From Lama guanicoe (taxonomy: Eukaryota): 64,000 nucleotides of DNA. This document shows positions 23,629 through 36,999 of this stretch, piece after piece; the first letter of the stretch is position 1; every line of letters starts with the position of its first letter. The stretch is from contig MU054187.1 in NCBI GenBank assembly GCA_013239625.1, forward strand, positions 7,474,358 to 7,538,357, given 5' to 3'. The notes below the pieces were generated by a model that did not search any database, was not told the origin of the DNA, and was given only the letters and a program-made list of their open reading frames with translations. The position numbers were made by a program, and so were the translations under genes.

Positions 23629-25826
23629 GCAGTCACCTCAAGGGGCCATGATGTAGGCGGGGATTTTCCTGGTCCACTTTGTGTCTGTGTCAGGTCATAT
23701 GTAACCGAAGACTGAGAATTGATTTAAAGACTTGATTGTGACAACCCGGGAACTTCTCTTTGTGTGCAAATAAACAGACGCTCTTCAGTGGGGAAGGGAG
23801 GCTCTGGGCCACCTTCATACTACTTTAATTTTGTGAGTCCCCACCTGGATTGCTAGGATATTGGTTTTTTGTAACCACATGACCCTCATTCTGTTCATCC
23901 AAGACTGAACTTGCAGTGCAGTTAGCCGAGAAGTTTCATTCCCTGATTCTTGGTTCACTGAACTACGTTACTAGTGGTTTCCATGGAAATAGCAGTAGAA
24001 ATGGCTCTATGTGTCTGAGTAAGAGCTGCCTGCTGAGCTTGTGAAGAGCTGCTTTTCCCCTTGATGCCCAGAGCCAGGCATCAGCATGGAAAAGCATTGC
24101 AGGATGTCGCGGTCGCTGGCCAGGTCCCCGAAGCTGCAGCTATTTAGATGATTGAGGAAATCTGACATTTTGGCTAACAGTTCTGGTAATTAATCGAAAA
24201 CCTCTTACAGAAGCTAAATTACCTAGATTGGCTATCTTCTCTGGTCTCCAGTTAATTGGGTCAAATATTAACTCTTCGATTTAATTTAGACTCATATACC
24301 TGACGTAGCAATCGGTGCATGCCTTTTATAAACACGAATTTGTCTAGACCTGTTCAAACCTCTCCCCTCTTTTATTTGGGGAAAAGAAAACCCGAATATT
24401 TGTATCTTGAGAATTTTCAATGGGAACTGTGTTCTCAAGTATTTCATGATAAGTTGGGAGAGTGTGTGAGAATTTTTATTAAACTTTGTAACCATGTTTG
24501 GACTCTGCTAATCACTTGCTGGGAGAATTGGTCAAGTTGCCTAATCTCTTGACATTCTTGTTTCCTAATTTATTACATAAAGTTTCGATGAAGTGGGGGT
24601 AACGAAGAACGAGATCTACTCTGACAGAAATGGTTATAAAGTTCACGACAGAATGGATGTTTACTAAAGTATATTAACTTGCAAATGTAACCGACATTTA
24701 TTGAACAGTGGTCACAGATTGGACTGTTCTGGAAAAAAAAAGTATTCTGCTTCATTCATTGTTGACATATAGTCTATATACGACATCAATTTTCAAACCA
24801 TTTGGTACGAAGTAATAGATTCTAAAGTTATTCTATACATAATACAGTCTTTGATAATTTAGAAGTTTCTGTGTAATATGCATAGTGTATTATGAAAATC
24901 AATTTACAGGGTATAGCACAATGACCATAAAAAATGGTAGAGATTGGACAGATGCCTTTCCTAACTCTTTAAAATTATTATTTTAATTTAATTAAAAACT
25001 ATTATTTGGCAATTTTATCTTTACCATAAAAATAGAGCTCAGGAAAATCATCCTGGTTATTTGACCATTCCACTTGCTTAGATCATGACTAAAAGAGAAA
25101 TTAATGAATATAATTATATGTAGGTAAATCTGACTAGTGACAAAAAGACTCTAAAGATTTACTCATATACTTGGAGGGAAAAAAAAAAAACCCCTATTCT
25201 GACCCAATGGTTAAAATGTGTGTATGTGAGCTAGAACTGGCAAGTGTGTAGTCACAGAGGAGAACATGTGTATGTTAATTGAAGCTGGGGAAATCACCAA
25301 AGGCAGAAGATGATCATATTATCATCTTTAAAAACAGGAAATAAGACATTTTGAGTAGCTTTAAGGTTTATTATGGAATATGCAAATTTAGACCCGGAAC
25401 GCAGTGAAGTTCACTGATATTTCCCATGTAGTTTGATTATCTGAGCCTTCCTGTGATGCCAGTTTGTTTTTTTTCCCCCGTTTCCATGTTAGCAATAATT
25501 TTGCACATTCAAGCCACAGTACTCAGGATATTACAGCTCTTGATATTTGAATTTAATATCCTTATAGGACAACTGCTGAATCCATTAGTTAGCCATCTGG
25601 TTTAGGGTAGCTTGCCTGCTATTTCTTTAGGCTTTCAAACTCTTGAAATGTTTTGTACTTATGATCATTTGCATTTTAAATGCGTGCATGCATGTTCATG
25701 TATATACTGACATCTTGCTGTAATATTTCACTCCCTTAGAGCTGAATGAAGAGAAAGACTGACTTCCAAGAAGCTTTAGTAATTGAAATGCCAAAGCCAT
25801 CTCATTACAAAGTTTTGTCCCCACCT

Positions 25827-26274
25827 GTATCAGTTTCGCATGGCTGCTATAACAAACTGCCACAAACCGGGTGGCTTACAATTCTAGACAGAAGTCTGCG
25901 ATCAGTTTCGTTGGACTGAAAACAAGTGGTTGGCAGGACCGTGCTCCCTCTGGAGGCTCCGGGGGAGACTCCCTTTCCTGGCCTCCTCTAGTTGCACTCT
26001 TCGCATTCCTTGGCTCCTGGCCTCTTTCTCCATCTCCGGGACCAGCACTTAGCATCTTGCTTCAGGCATATTGCCCTCTGTCTCTAGTAAAATCTGCCTC
26101 TGCCTCCATCTGATGAAGATGCTAGTGGTTACATTTAGGATCCATCAGGTAATCCAAGATATTTTTTTTCATCTCATTATTCTTAATATAATCATATCTG
26201 CCATAGAAGATAACACTTACATGTTCTAGAAATGAGGACCTGGATGTCTTTGGGGCTCATTATTCAGCTCTACA
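25827..26274 (-). mobile_element. MaLR solo LTR (MLT1C/D-like)
   Basis: tgtatcagtttcgcatggctgctataacaaactgccacaaaccgggtggctta...ggctccgggggagac...tctttggggctcattattcagc. Confidence 0.85.
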
Positions 26275-26695
26275 GGAAAGGGTTAACTCAGCAGGCCTGG
26301 GCTCCTGAAACTCTGTGTGTTCCCTAAATCTTCAGAACTGGCCCCTGGCCTGGTCCCTGGGGACAACCCCTGAGTCCTTGGGGCAACCTTCCTGATAAGT
26401 TTCTTTGTGCACCTGAGGTCTCGGGCCACACACGGTTGATGCTAACAGTGTGGTTTATGGTGAGCACCTGTTCTGGCAGGGCCGAGGCTGTGGGCCACAC
26501 TGCCAGTTTGACCTCTTGGAGGAGGGGGCTGGAGACTGAGTAGCTAAGGTCGGTCCTACAGGTGCAGCATGCGAGGTGGTGGACCCCAGATAAAATCCCT
26601 GGACACCAAGACTTGGGCGACAGTACCAAGTTGGCCACACTTCACAGGTCAGTCACACATGTTACAGAGAGAATTATACACTGTGCGTGACTGCA
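26271..26695 (+). mobile_element. ERVL LTR (MER77/MER21-like)
   Basis: tacaggaaagggttaactcagcaggcctggg start; ggagggggctggagactgagt; ataaaatccctggacaccaag. Confidence 0.7.
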
Positions 26696-27796
26696 AAGTC
26701 ACTCTGTCTGTTGTCTGATTTAATCCTCACAATTAGGGTGTGAGAAAGTAGGATTTCCAGTTTACTAAAGCTGAACCTGGGATTCTAGGTGGCAGAGCCT
26801 GAGTTCACACCAGAGTGAGACGAATTTGAAGTCTGTGTCCATCTCATTACAACAAACTACTCGAAAAGCATTTCAGTCAGTGCTGGCTGGCGCTCAGTCC
26901 ATCACAGAATTCCCCACAGGTTACAGGGCCCCCTGCCTCCGAGGGGGCGTAGCACTTTACTGGTGCATCCTCTTGGCATCTGGTCGTGGATTTGTCCTGT
27001 GGCTCCTCGTACGCAGCTGGCTGGAGGCTTATGTCCGTAAAGCGTCCTCTTTAATGCAATCGTGCTCTTCTTAAGGATGGGAATCACGTCGTGCACATTT
27101 CTGTAAGTTACACACTGCCTAGTCCGGTGCCACCTGCGTGGTGTTCCTACTAAATGTTTGGTTATTCTTTTCTATCATGGTGAGATGGAACGATCTTTGA
27201 TGCTATCTTATGAATGACTTGCGGATAGCACACTTAAACTTTGTATCTTGCTTGTGATTTTTCTGTAATTTCTTGGCTAGTGTTAGCATGCGGTAAATAC
27301 CTTTCTAATAAAAAGACAGAACCTGGACACAAATATGAACTCCCTGATAGCTCTCTCAGTGACATATTGTTTGGTAAAAGGAGGTAAGTAAGAAATAGCA
27401 GAGGTTGGTTACTGTCATGGGAAAAAGTTATCTGAGTGGCCCTTGAATTTCTGCTTTGTTAGAGATGGACAGCCTGGGGGTACCATGAAGGATTTCTGAA
27501 GAGTATTCAAGAACGCTGACACTGTGTTTGAGACATCATAGTGAAGCTGTTTGCCGACAGAATTCAGTGACACTGAATGGGAATTCAGAGACGAAACTGA
27601 GAGACTTTCAGTTTTAACTACTCTTTTAATAATGCTCCTTATTTCTCAGATAATAGTGTTTATTTTCTCTCTTCTGTTGGGAGTTAACCTTCTCCATAGT
27701 TAATAGGTTCGAAAAGTCCTTCCCTCCCGCCCTTCCTTCCTTCTTTTCTTTTCTTTCTTCCTTTTATTAGGTCAGAGAAAGATGACAGAAAGATTT

Positions 27797-27880
27797 ATGT
27801 GTATGTATATATATATATGTACATATGTATGTGTGTGCGTATGTGTGTATATATATGTATATGCATCTATCTCTCTATCT
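27797..27880. repeat. Compound (TA)/(TG) microsatellite
   Basis: atgtgtatgtatatatatatatgtacatatgtatgtgtgtgcgtatgtgtgtatatatatgtatatgcatctatctctctatct. Confidence 0.9.
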
Positions 27881-29129
27881 AATAACTTTTTTAAAGAAAA
27901 TTATTTACATTAAAACATGGACAGGGGTAAAATGATTTCCCCCCCAACATCCGATATTGATCACTTCCACCATGACAAAGAGACAACTAGAAAATTCTGC
28001 CTTTGAAAATGTGCTTTTATGTATCTGACATGAAGGAAAATACTGATTTTATTTAAACTTTCACAGGAGTGTTTCACTTGAGAACATTAGTGAAAGACTG
28101 CGGTGGAAAGGGAGACACACAAAAACCGTGATATCTTTTTTCTTCTTACCCATCATAAGCTTTACAATTCTTTTTTTTTTTTCACACAGCTCTCCACATT
28201 CTCACTTGCTCTCATATGGTCCCTCCAGACTTCTTAACACCAACAGAACACTTGCAAGACTAAAAATTTTCCTATCTAAACCATGCATTAAAAAAACCCC
28301 AGATTTTCACAGGTAAGAATAAAAGCATTCTCATTAACTTTAATGAGTATTTCATATATCATAGAGTTACAGGGGATTTCTTTTTAAAACAAAGACTCTC
28401 AGTAATTACGAAGTGTCAGCCTTAGGATTGTCTCTGCTTTACTCCGGGTCTAAGAACTGATTTAGGGAGTGAGGGAGGTGAGACAGGTTCTTTTTCACTC
28501 TTTCATTTTCTAAAAATAATATAAGCAATGGATCAATTAAAATGGAAATAAAAAAGGAAAGTAATCTGTGGATAGCCATGCTAAAGAGAAATCTACCCAA
28601 AACAAATGACACCAAAAAAAGCTTTTAGCAAATATCGCACCCCTCCAAAGAAAGAATAAAGGAGTCTAAGCCGCTAGAAACTTTTCAGTCTGTGGAAATA
28701 GCACCACTGATCTTACTGCCTCGGTTTTTTTTTGTTCCTCAGACTTTGAGATTTTGTTTTTAAAGGCAGAGAAAGTAGCTTCAAGAGAGATGGCAGTTCA
28801 GGCTGAGCCGGGGTCATGGACTCATGCCAAAGAGCCACTCTATGTGGTAGTGGCCACATTTGACGGGAAAGAAATCTTTCAAGATTTAAAAAAAAAATTT
28901 CTTGATGTTCACTGAGGTGACTTTTCCCATTATGTCAACATCTTCCTTAAAAATATGTCTACAAAGAAATTTTGCAAAATACAGAGAAACAGAAAAAAGA
29001 ATTTAATGAATCCCTCATATTGCCATTGTACAGATTAAACAATATATGGCCATTTATTAGTATTTTACTGTACTTATTCCATGTTTCAGCTTTATATAAC
29101 TTTATTGATTCTAGAGTTTTCTAAAAATT

Positions 29130-30700
29130 ATTTTTCATTAAGGTATAATTTACATGCAAGAAAAAGTTTCAATGTTAGGTGAATAATTTTATGAGATTTG
29201 GCAAATGTACACACTTACATGACAACCATCCGAATCATGATATAGAATATTCCACACCCTAAAATGTTCTTATGGCCATTTGCAGTCAATTCCTTTCCTC
29301 CATCAACACTCCAATAAACCACCAAGTTCCTTTCTTTCTCTATAGTTTTTGTCTTTTCTAGAATTTCACATAAATTGAATCATAAGGTGGACACTATTTT
29401 ATGTCTGGCTTCTTTCACTTCACATAATGCTTTAGAGATTCATCCATGTGGTTCAACGTGTCAGTATTTTTTTTCTTTTTCTGATTAGAGTTCCATTGTA
29501 TGGATATACTGAAGTTTCCCATTCTGTAGCTTATGGACATTTTGGTTATTTCTGTTTTTTTTTTTGTCTATTCTGCATAAAGCTGTTACTAACATTTGTG
29601 TACACATCTTTGTGTGAACATTTAAAAAATTTCTCTCGGCTAATTACGTAGAAGAAGAATTTTGGGTCATATGGTGTGTATTTAATTTTATAGAAAACTG
29701 AAACTATTACCACGTGGCTGTACCATTTTGCATTCTCGCCAGCCATGAATGAGAATTCCAGGTGCTCCACATCCTCACCAGTACTTGATTATGTCAATCT
29801 TTTTAATTTTAGCCATTCTGATGTGTATATAGTGGTGTCTTAATTTGCACTACTCTAACAATGAACTTTATTGAACATCTTTTTACATGATTATTTTCCA
29901 CTTGTATCCCACATATTTTGTGAAGCATCTAAATCTTTGCTTATTTTAAAAATTGAGTTGTTTGTAATCTTATTATTGAGTTTTAAGAGTTGTTTATGTA
30001 ATTCTGGAGACATGTCCTTTATTGGATATGGATTTTGCAAATGTTTTCTCCCAGTCTGGGGCTTGTGTTTTCATTTTCTCAATTGTCAGTTTTGAACAGT
30101 TGGAGTTTTTAATTACGATGAATTCCAAATTATCAGTTTGTTTTTATAGTTGATTCTGTTAGTAAAGAAATTTTGACAAAGCCAAGATCAGCAAGATTTT
30201 TCTCCTATGTATTCTTTATGAGGTTTTATCGTTTTACATTTCAAGTTATGTAGATGGTATGAGATGAATGTCAATGTCTTTTTTATTTGCACATGATAAT
30301 CTTTTTTTTATTGAACTGTAGTCAGTTACAATGTGTCAGTTTCTGGTGTTTAGCATATTGTCCCAACCATGCATATACTACATATATTCTTTTCATTAAA
30401 GGTTATTGCAAGGTATTGAATACAGTTCCCAGTGCTATACAGAAGAAATTTGTTTTTTTTAATCTGTTTTTATATATAGCAGTTAACATTTGCAAATCTC
30501 AAACTCCCAAATTTATCCTTCTCACCCCCTTTCCCCCGGTAACTATAAGATTGTTTACCGTGTGCATGATAATCTAATTGTCCTATCACTATTTGTTGAA
30601 AAAAACCATTTCCCCATAAATTATTTTGGTATTTTTGTCAATTATTTAAATATCTGTATAGTAACTTTTTTGATCTCTTTACCTGCTAAATTCAACATCT
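29130..30700 (-). mobile_element. Old LINE-1 (L1MB/MC-like) 3' UTR and ORF2 end
   Basis: ggcttctttcacttcacataatgc...gagattcatccatgtg...ccacatcctcaccagtacttg...ttagccattctg...tttgcaaatgttttctcccagtctg. Confidence 0.85.
30303..30564 (-). mobile_element. Younger LINE-1 3' tail nested in the old L1
   Basis: Poly-T then ttattgaactgtagtcagttacaatgtgtcag...; TSD catgataatct at 30292-30302 and 30565-30575; highly similar to the copy at 33960-34295. Confidence 0.85.
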
Positions 30701-31679
30701 AGCCCAAATTAGAGTTAGTTTCTGACTAGCTTTTTTCCTGAATATAGGCCACGGTTTTCATTCTTTCCATGACTGCTAACTTTTGGCTGAGAACTAGATA
30801 GTATAGATAATATAAAAGTAGTGAACTCTGGGTTCTGTTGTCTTCTCTTGTGTATTACCAGTTTTTTGTTCTCATAGGTGATCAGCTTGCTTGGATTTGA
30901 ACTGTAGACTGTCTCTTCTATAAACAGCTGTTACTTGTTCTTAAGGTTTCCAAACGCAGTCTTTCCACCTGTCCCTCGTAGTCATCCCCACGGTGACAAA
31001 GTGTGGCAGTCAAACAGGGAAATCCTTTCTAGGGCACAGCTCACCTTCTCCGTGCCATCCTTGCTTCTGTGATTCTTCCTGTCTATGTCCCCCACTCCCC
31101 AGTTTCTACGTGCTTCAGGCTCTGTCCTCCCAGTCTGCTGGTTGATGCAGATTCAGCTGAGACACTTGTGGTTGGGGATGCTCTCAGCTATGAAAAGCAC
31201 CAAATTTAGAGTTCTGGTTCTGTTTAAATTGCAACCTTTTTTTTTTTTTACTCTAGTCTCTGAATACTTTTCCCACCAAAGCCTTATAGATAATTAAGTT
31301 GCCAGCCAGGGCTTTGTACAGTTTGCTCTGAATTTTGGTCTAACTCCTTCTGAGGCTCTATTGGTGCTAAGATATCTCCTTCAAATATCCAGTTACTTTC
31401 CAAGCCTAAGCTCAATCTCTGGCATCCTGAGGTGTCATTTTCCCCACTGTAGTTCAACAGCCACAGCTATGGAGGTCGGGCAGAGCCATGGGTCCAATAG
31501 CCACAGACTCAAAATTCTTAACTTCTCCAGTTGCAGTTTTTAAAAGCTAAATTTGCCTCTTGCTTTTGTTGGTGTTTTGATGCTAAGATTTTTAAAATCA
31601 TCCTAATTTAAAATTTGCCCAGTATGTTATTGTTGTGATCTGTGAGGGTCTCACCACCCCTTCCTCTCTCTACCATGAC

Positions 31680-32460
31680 TAGAAGTTGACCCACATCTTT
31701 ATAAAAATTTTTAAAAATAAATTATAGACATTATGCCATTTTATATCTAAATGTTTCATGTACAGCCTGCAAAAATAAGAAAATTCCTTAAAGTATCGCC
31801 ATAACATTATCATATTTAACAAAATTAACAATGAGTCCTTGTTATATTTTAATACCTGGTTCGCATTCACTTTTTCCCAATTGTCCCCAACATGTGTTTT
31901 GAAGTTGTTTTTTGAACCAGAATTCCAAAAGGTCCACAGAGTCTAGTTGCTATATTTTATGAGCGTCTTATTTGAAATTTTCTTCTCCCTAATTCCTTTC
32001 TAAATGACATTGAGTCATTGAGAAAAACAAAACAAAACAGGTTATTCTGTGGAGTGTCCCATATTGTGAATGTATCTGCTGTTGTTTAATTTGTTTTATC
32101 TCTCGTATTTCCCATAAACACAAAGTTAGAACTAAAGACTTGACGCAGCCAGAAAGGTGACTGCCCCATGCCTGACACAAAAATGCACATTTGTGGGGGC
32201 CCTGGTGCTGAGCCATTGAAGACCACGTGTTTCTGGGTTGGAATTTCCTCCGTAACAGAGCAGCCCTCTCACTGTGCTCTATTGAAAATCAGCCAACTAC
32301 GCAAGCGTTTGCAAAAGAAAAAAGAACTAAGATTTGATTATAATCAAGTTAAACATTCTTGGCAAACAATCTCCCAGGAGATGCTGTGTATGTCATGATT
32401 CATACTATTGGGATATACATGGTGTCTGATACTCTGCTCTTAGATGGGTTAGTGGGTTCA
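31680..32460 (-). mobile_element. Old LINE-1 3' UTR fragments (L1MC/ME-like)
   Basis: acaaaattaacaatgagtccttg...cccaattgtcccca...aaagttagaactaaagacttga...aacattcttggcaaa. Confidence 0.6.
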
Positions 32461-32879
32461 GGTGGGTCTTCAGTCTCCATCTTTCCAGATCCTTCCTCCC
32501 AAAAGTTAATTGGTTAGCCACCTAGAGCTAATATATTCATGTTAGAATCGTATTTCCACCCTCCAACTCTTAATTCATGCCATCACCAAAATGAGAAATG
32601 ATTCTTAAATTCTTTTTAGCTCAGACTGAATCCACAAAGTTAAAGGACATCTGAGTTGAAATCAGTGATCTCAGAGTGTCACCTGATGTGTGTATCTATG
32701 CATTGCCAAGTATCCTCCACTTTGTGTATCTTCTAACTCCTCTGTAGCCATGCTTCATAAGCCTCTGGCTTCTAAAAAGACAGCCGTTGTTTTGCTGATA
32801 ACTTACCATTTATTTGTTTATTTGAATAATGTAAACAGCTACACTGAAAAGTTTCAGGACAATTAAAAATACTCATATA

Positions 32880-33092
32880 GGGGATTAACAGATACATACC
32901 ACTGTATATAAAATAGATAAAACAACAAGGACTTACTTGATAGATGTAATGTAGAGCACAGGGAACTATATTCAGAGTCCTGTAATAACCTCTAAGGGAA
33001 AAGAATCTGAAAAAGAATATATATATATATATTTTGCTGTATACCAGAAACTAACACAACATTATAAATCATCTATACTTCAATTAGAAAAA
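32880..33092 (+). mobile_element. LINE-1 3' tail (artiodactyl-type)
   Basis: gggattaacagatac...gcacagggaactatattcag...ccagaaactaacacaacatt...tatacttcaatt; TSD aaaatactcatata / aaaatacccataca. Confidence 0.85.
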
Positions 33093-33959
33093 ATACCCAT
33101 ACAGGACTGGAGTTACTGATATTGATTCTGTTGACCTAGTATTTATAATGTGTTGAATGCCTGAATCAGAGAAAACTTTTTATATTATGCAGCTCAAATC
33201 AGTTCCTATATATTAGATTATATCTTCTTGATTAAATTTTCTTTTATGTATCTCAACTGGCAGTCATTTCCATGGGCAAAATAAAGACCTTTGAATTATC
33301 TTCTTATTTGATTAGGACATGCTGTATTTTTTTTAACCTCTTTCTCTCTCTTTTCTAAATCAAGATTTAGTCATGTTAATTAGAACTGGTAGACCCTACA
33401 GCCAAATTTTAAATCAAGCCAACGGTCTCATTTTTTCAAATAGCCGTGGACGTTTGTATGGGGAAATCTTCCTTTATTACCATTTACTGTGGTAGAGAGA
33501 AGCAGATTAATTACTATTGCAGAGTAATTTAATACTGTTTTATTAACACGGTCTTTCATCTTGGTAAGGAGTTCTGGGATTCATGAGGCTGTCCATTTTC
33601 TGTGAAATACTATCCCATTTAAATAGATTAACTCACAATCTAAAAATATAAAAAAATAAAGATGAACTAAAATCTGTGTAGAGAATAAAATGTTAAGAAT
33701 CAATTAATTTGCATCCTTTAAAAAAATTATTATACTATTATCTTTAATCATTAGATACACTTTTTCTCTTTCTTACCTAAGCTATTTTTCTTTTTTATGC
33801 CAGGTACTCGACGCATTTTGTTAGACTAGAGAATAAGAATTAAAACTTGATTAATGGTTGCAAATAATTTAGAGTTTAAATCTTTCAGATAAAATAAATT
33901 GTATAAAAGGATGTTTGTTTTTACACAATGGATGGCTCTTTTAGCAGACATTATTTACT

Positions 33960-34295
33960 GTTTATTTTTAAAATTTGTTTAGTTTTATTGCAGTATAGTC
34001 AGTTACAATGTGTCAATTTCTGGTGTACAGCATCATGTCCCAGTCATGTGTGTGTATATATGTATACGTACACACACACACACATATTCTTTTTCATTAA
34101 AGGTTATTGCAAGATACTGAATATAGCTCCCTGTGCTATACAGAGGAAATACGCTTTTTATCTATTTTTATATATAGTGGTTAACATTTGCGAATCTCAG
34201 ACTCCCAGATCTACCCCTTCCCACCCCTTTTCCCTCAGTAACCATAAGACTGTTTACTATGTCTGAGATTCTGTTTCTGTTTTGTAGATGAGTTC
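33960..34295 (-). mobile_element. LINE-1 3' tail, same subfamily as 30303-30564
   Basis: tagtcagttacaatgtgtcaatttctggtgtacagc...ttcattaaaggttattgcaagatactgaatatagctccctgtgctatacag. Confidence 0.85.
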
Positions 34296-35085
34296 AGTTT
34301 ACTTTCTCTGCCCAGTAAGTTTTCTGGAGAAATGGCATTGTGGCTATTTTAGAGAACTTACATGAAAATAAATTTTTCATAGAATGGTTCCTGTGTAAAA
34401 GCATCACAGAAACATAAACTTTTCTCATAATACTTCTTTCTTTTAATAGCAACTATTACTTCTCCCAAGGAGAAGTGAAAAATTAAATCACAGAGAAATG
34501 ACTGTCTTTAGAAACCAGATAGTCTTTAATTCAATTGAATATTCACTTTATCCTTCATACCTGAGTACTCCTTTATGCCTCCAGGTCAGAGGATTTGTAT
34601 TATTTGTTTTCTGTATGTGTTTTGCATGGAATATATGCATGGAATAAATGTGCTCTCTGGCATTAAAGACATAAAAAAAGAAGCCACATCCATTAATTTT
34701 TTTGATTTTCAAATAAAACTTGGCTCAAGGCCCATTTAACCATAATGTTTTCAATACCCAGAATCCTATTCTTCTCCTCTGCCTCTGATTTCCCTGCATT
34801 AGAAGGAGGAAGCTCTCAGCTTCAGTTTGGGGGTCCCACTTAATACCTTCCTAGCCACCTGTGGTGGACTGTCAGGAAGCCAGGTGGAGCGGTGGCCCTT
34901 ATGACCATGGTCAATTCCACCCTGACCGGCCATCAATGGCCTAATGGGCATTTAGGCTTTTTTAAAAATTTCTTTCCCTTTTCTACTGCCAGTGGTAACC
35001 ATGGAGATAGGGGGTCAGGAAACTTTTTTTTTTTTTTGTGGGATCAGGAGAGCCTCTCTTATTTTTTCAAGACCTCTAAATTATA

Positions 35086-35792
35086 TGTTAAATTCCACAC
35101 TGAAACTGAGTCTCCCCAACACTGAATTCCCCTAATCTCTCTCCCCAAAACTTTATTCCCTTTCTCGTCCTGCCCCTGTTCCCCTCAGGATTGAGAAGTA
35201 TCAAAGAAAAGGGGGAACTGAGACCAAGCAGGACCCTGTGGGGTCCTCCCTGGTACAAAAACCCCTTTGTGCCCCCCACTTCTAGTTTGTAAAAAGAAAA
35301 CAGCCTTTCATCTCCTGGGCCGTCTCTGAGCTCCAAGGAACAGCCTCGAGCAGTGAGTGGTTAAGATGATGGAGTCACAGGACTCATGGTTCCTCCTGAA
35401 GGAACCCAGATAATAATCGGACACACATCCTTGAGTGGTTCTGTAGAAACTAAGACCCCATCCAGGTGGAGGGCGGTGACTACATGCTGACCACAAGCAC
35501 GCAGACCCCAGACTGGTTGGACCAGGTGGTTGAGGTTCCTGAAACCCCACCCTGTGACCTCACCACCAACCAATCAGAAGAAGGTCCACGGGCTGATCAC
35601 ATGTTCCACGCCCCACTCCCCTCTCCCCTAACGCTGTCTTTAAAAATCCTTACCTGAAAGGCATCAGGGAGTTCGGGCCTTCTGAGCATGCGCTGCCCCT
35701 TCTCCTTGCTTGGTGCTCTGCAAGTAAGCCCTGACTTCGCCGCAGACAACTGCCGCCAGGGTTGGGCTTTCTGCCCCCCGTGCTCTGTGACA
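35086..35792 (+). mobile_element. ERV1 remnant: internal 3' end, polypurine tract and 3' LTR (LTR 35219-35792)
   Basis: PPT aaagaaaagggggaa at 35203-35217 just before TGAGACCAAGCAGG; CCAAT box (aaccaatcagaag) and TATA-like tttaaaaa; ends gtgaCA. Confidence 0.75.
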
Positions 35793-35833
35793 GCATCACT
35801 TGTGGTGGGTTATTTTGATGGTAATTGCGATGC

Positions 35834-36062
35834 TGTAAAATATAATAATAAATATGTATTTGTCAGAGCTCTGAAAATCCTTGCAAGTTTTAAGTGAAGA
35901 GAGCAACAAAGATGCCTTGTTATGTTCGTGAGGTGACCTTCACACTGCACCTGACAATGGGGCTTGGTTGCTGGGAGAGTCACCCACGTGGTTCAAGGGT
36001 TGGAGCTTCGTTTCCATCCCACCAAACTCTGCGGAGGGGAGAGGGGCTGGACACTGAGTTCA
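35834..36062. mobile_element. MER21-like ERVL LTR fragment
   Basis: tgtaaaatataataataaatatgtatttgtc...gggttggagcttc...ggaggggagaggggctggacactgagttca. Confidence 0.65.
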
Positions 36063-36281
36063 AGTTCAAAGACTCTGCTTTATCGCTGCACTATGGTTTC
36101 TTGGCTGCTTTCCTTCGTTTCTGCATTCCCTCACTTCCCTAATCAGGGACTTTGAATCTGCCTTTTGGAACTCAGGGAAGGCCTCAGAGACCAAAGGCTT
36201 TTTCTTACAACAAGAAAAAGGATGTGGAAAGGATTTTGTTGGGGGGGCGGGGGTGGTGCCTGCAGGTCCCCGCTTGGTTTC
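36063..36281 (-). mobile_element. ERV1 LTR 5' fragment (same family as 35219 and 49550)
   Basis: ttctgcattccctcacttccctaatcag...ttggaactcagggaaggcc shared with 49931-49997; ends cttggtttca (TGAAACCAAG on minus). Confidence 0.75.
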
Positions 36282-36322
36282 AGGACGATACAAGATCCAC
36301 AGAACAACCACGTTCCGTCTAG

Positions 36323-36585
36323 AGCACGGTTTCTCAGCCTTGACCCTACTGACATTTGGGCCCAGGTAACTCTGGGGTGAGGGGCTGTCCTGTGCTCTGA
36401 AGGGGCTTTGGCAGCATTTCTGGCCTCTACCCTCTAAATGCAGAAGTGCCATCGGGGTGCTTATCTGGGAAAAGATAAGCTATTCTCCAGCCCTCTCTCC
36501 TGTCCTTCAAGTAGGACAAACAAAATGTCTCCGAGCACTGTCCCTCATCCCACTGAGGGCTAATGGCCCCCGGATGACAACCACT
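36323..36585 (-). mobile_element. MER20 DNA transposon relic
   Basis: tttctcagccttgaccctactgacatttgggcccaggtaactc...ggggctgtcctgtgc...aaaatgtctccg. Confidence 0.75.
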
Positions 36586-36999
36586 GGGCTGGAGCCGTGG
36601 AAGGGGCGTGGCTGCAGTCCTGGTTTTCAGGGCTGCCTCTCCCCTTTGCCTGCCTGCCGTTGTCTGAGAGCCTGTGTCCCCTCTTCCCTTTCTGCTGAGT
36701 CATGAGGATCTTTGCCGAGGCTGCCAAGCCCCAGGACTCACCGCCTAGACCCCTCAGGCACACGTGGTCATCCTTCTTAGAGTTATAAGCCCCAGGAGGG
36801 CTGTGCACACAGAGTGGGGGCCTCGGGAGCCCCTGTCCTGCACGGCTTGGGGATCCCGCTGCTTCTGAGTGCAGGTCATTTCTGCAGCTCTTCTCATCTT
36901 AGAAAATCTTGCATAATGCTGTTGCCAAATTAGTTTTGAGAACAATTGTCAACAATCTGGGAAAAGTAGAGCCGCACTTCCAGGACACAAAGCTCTGGT

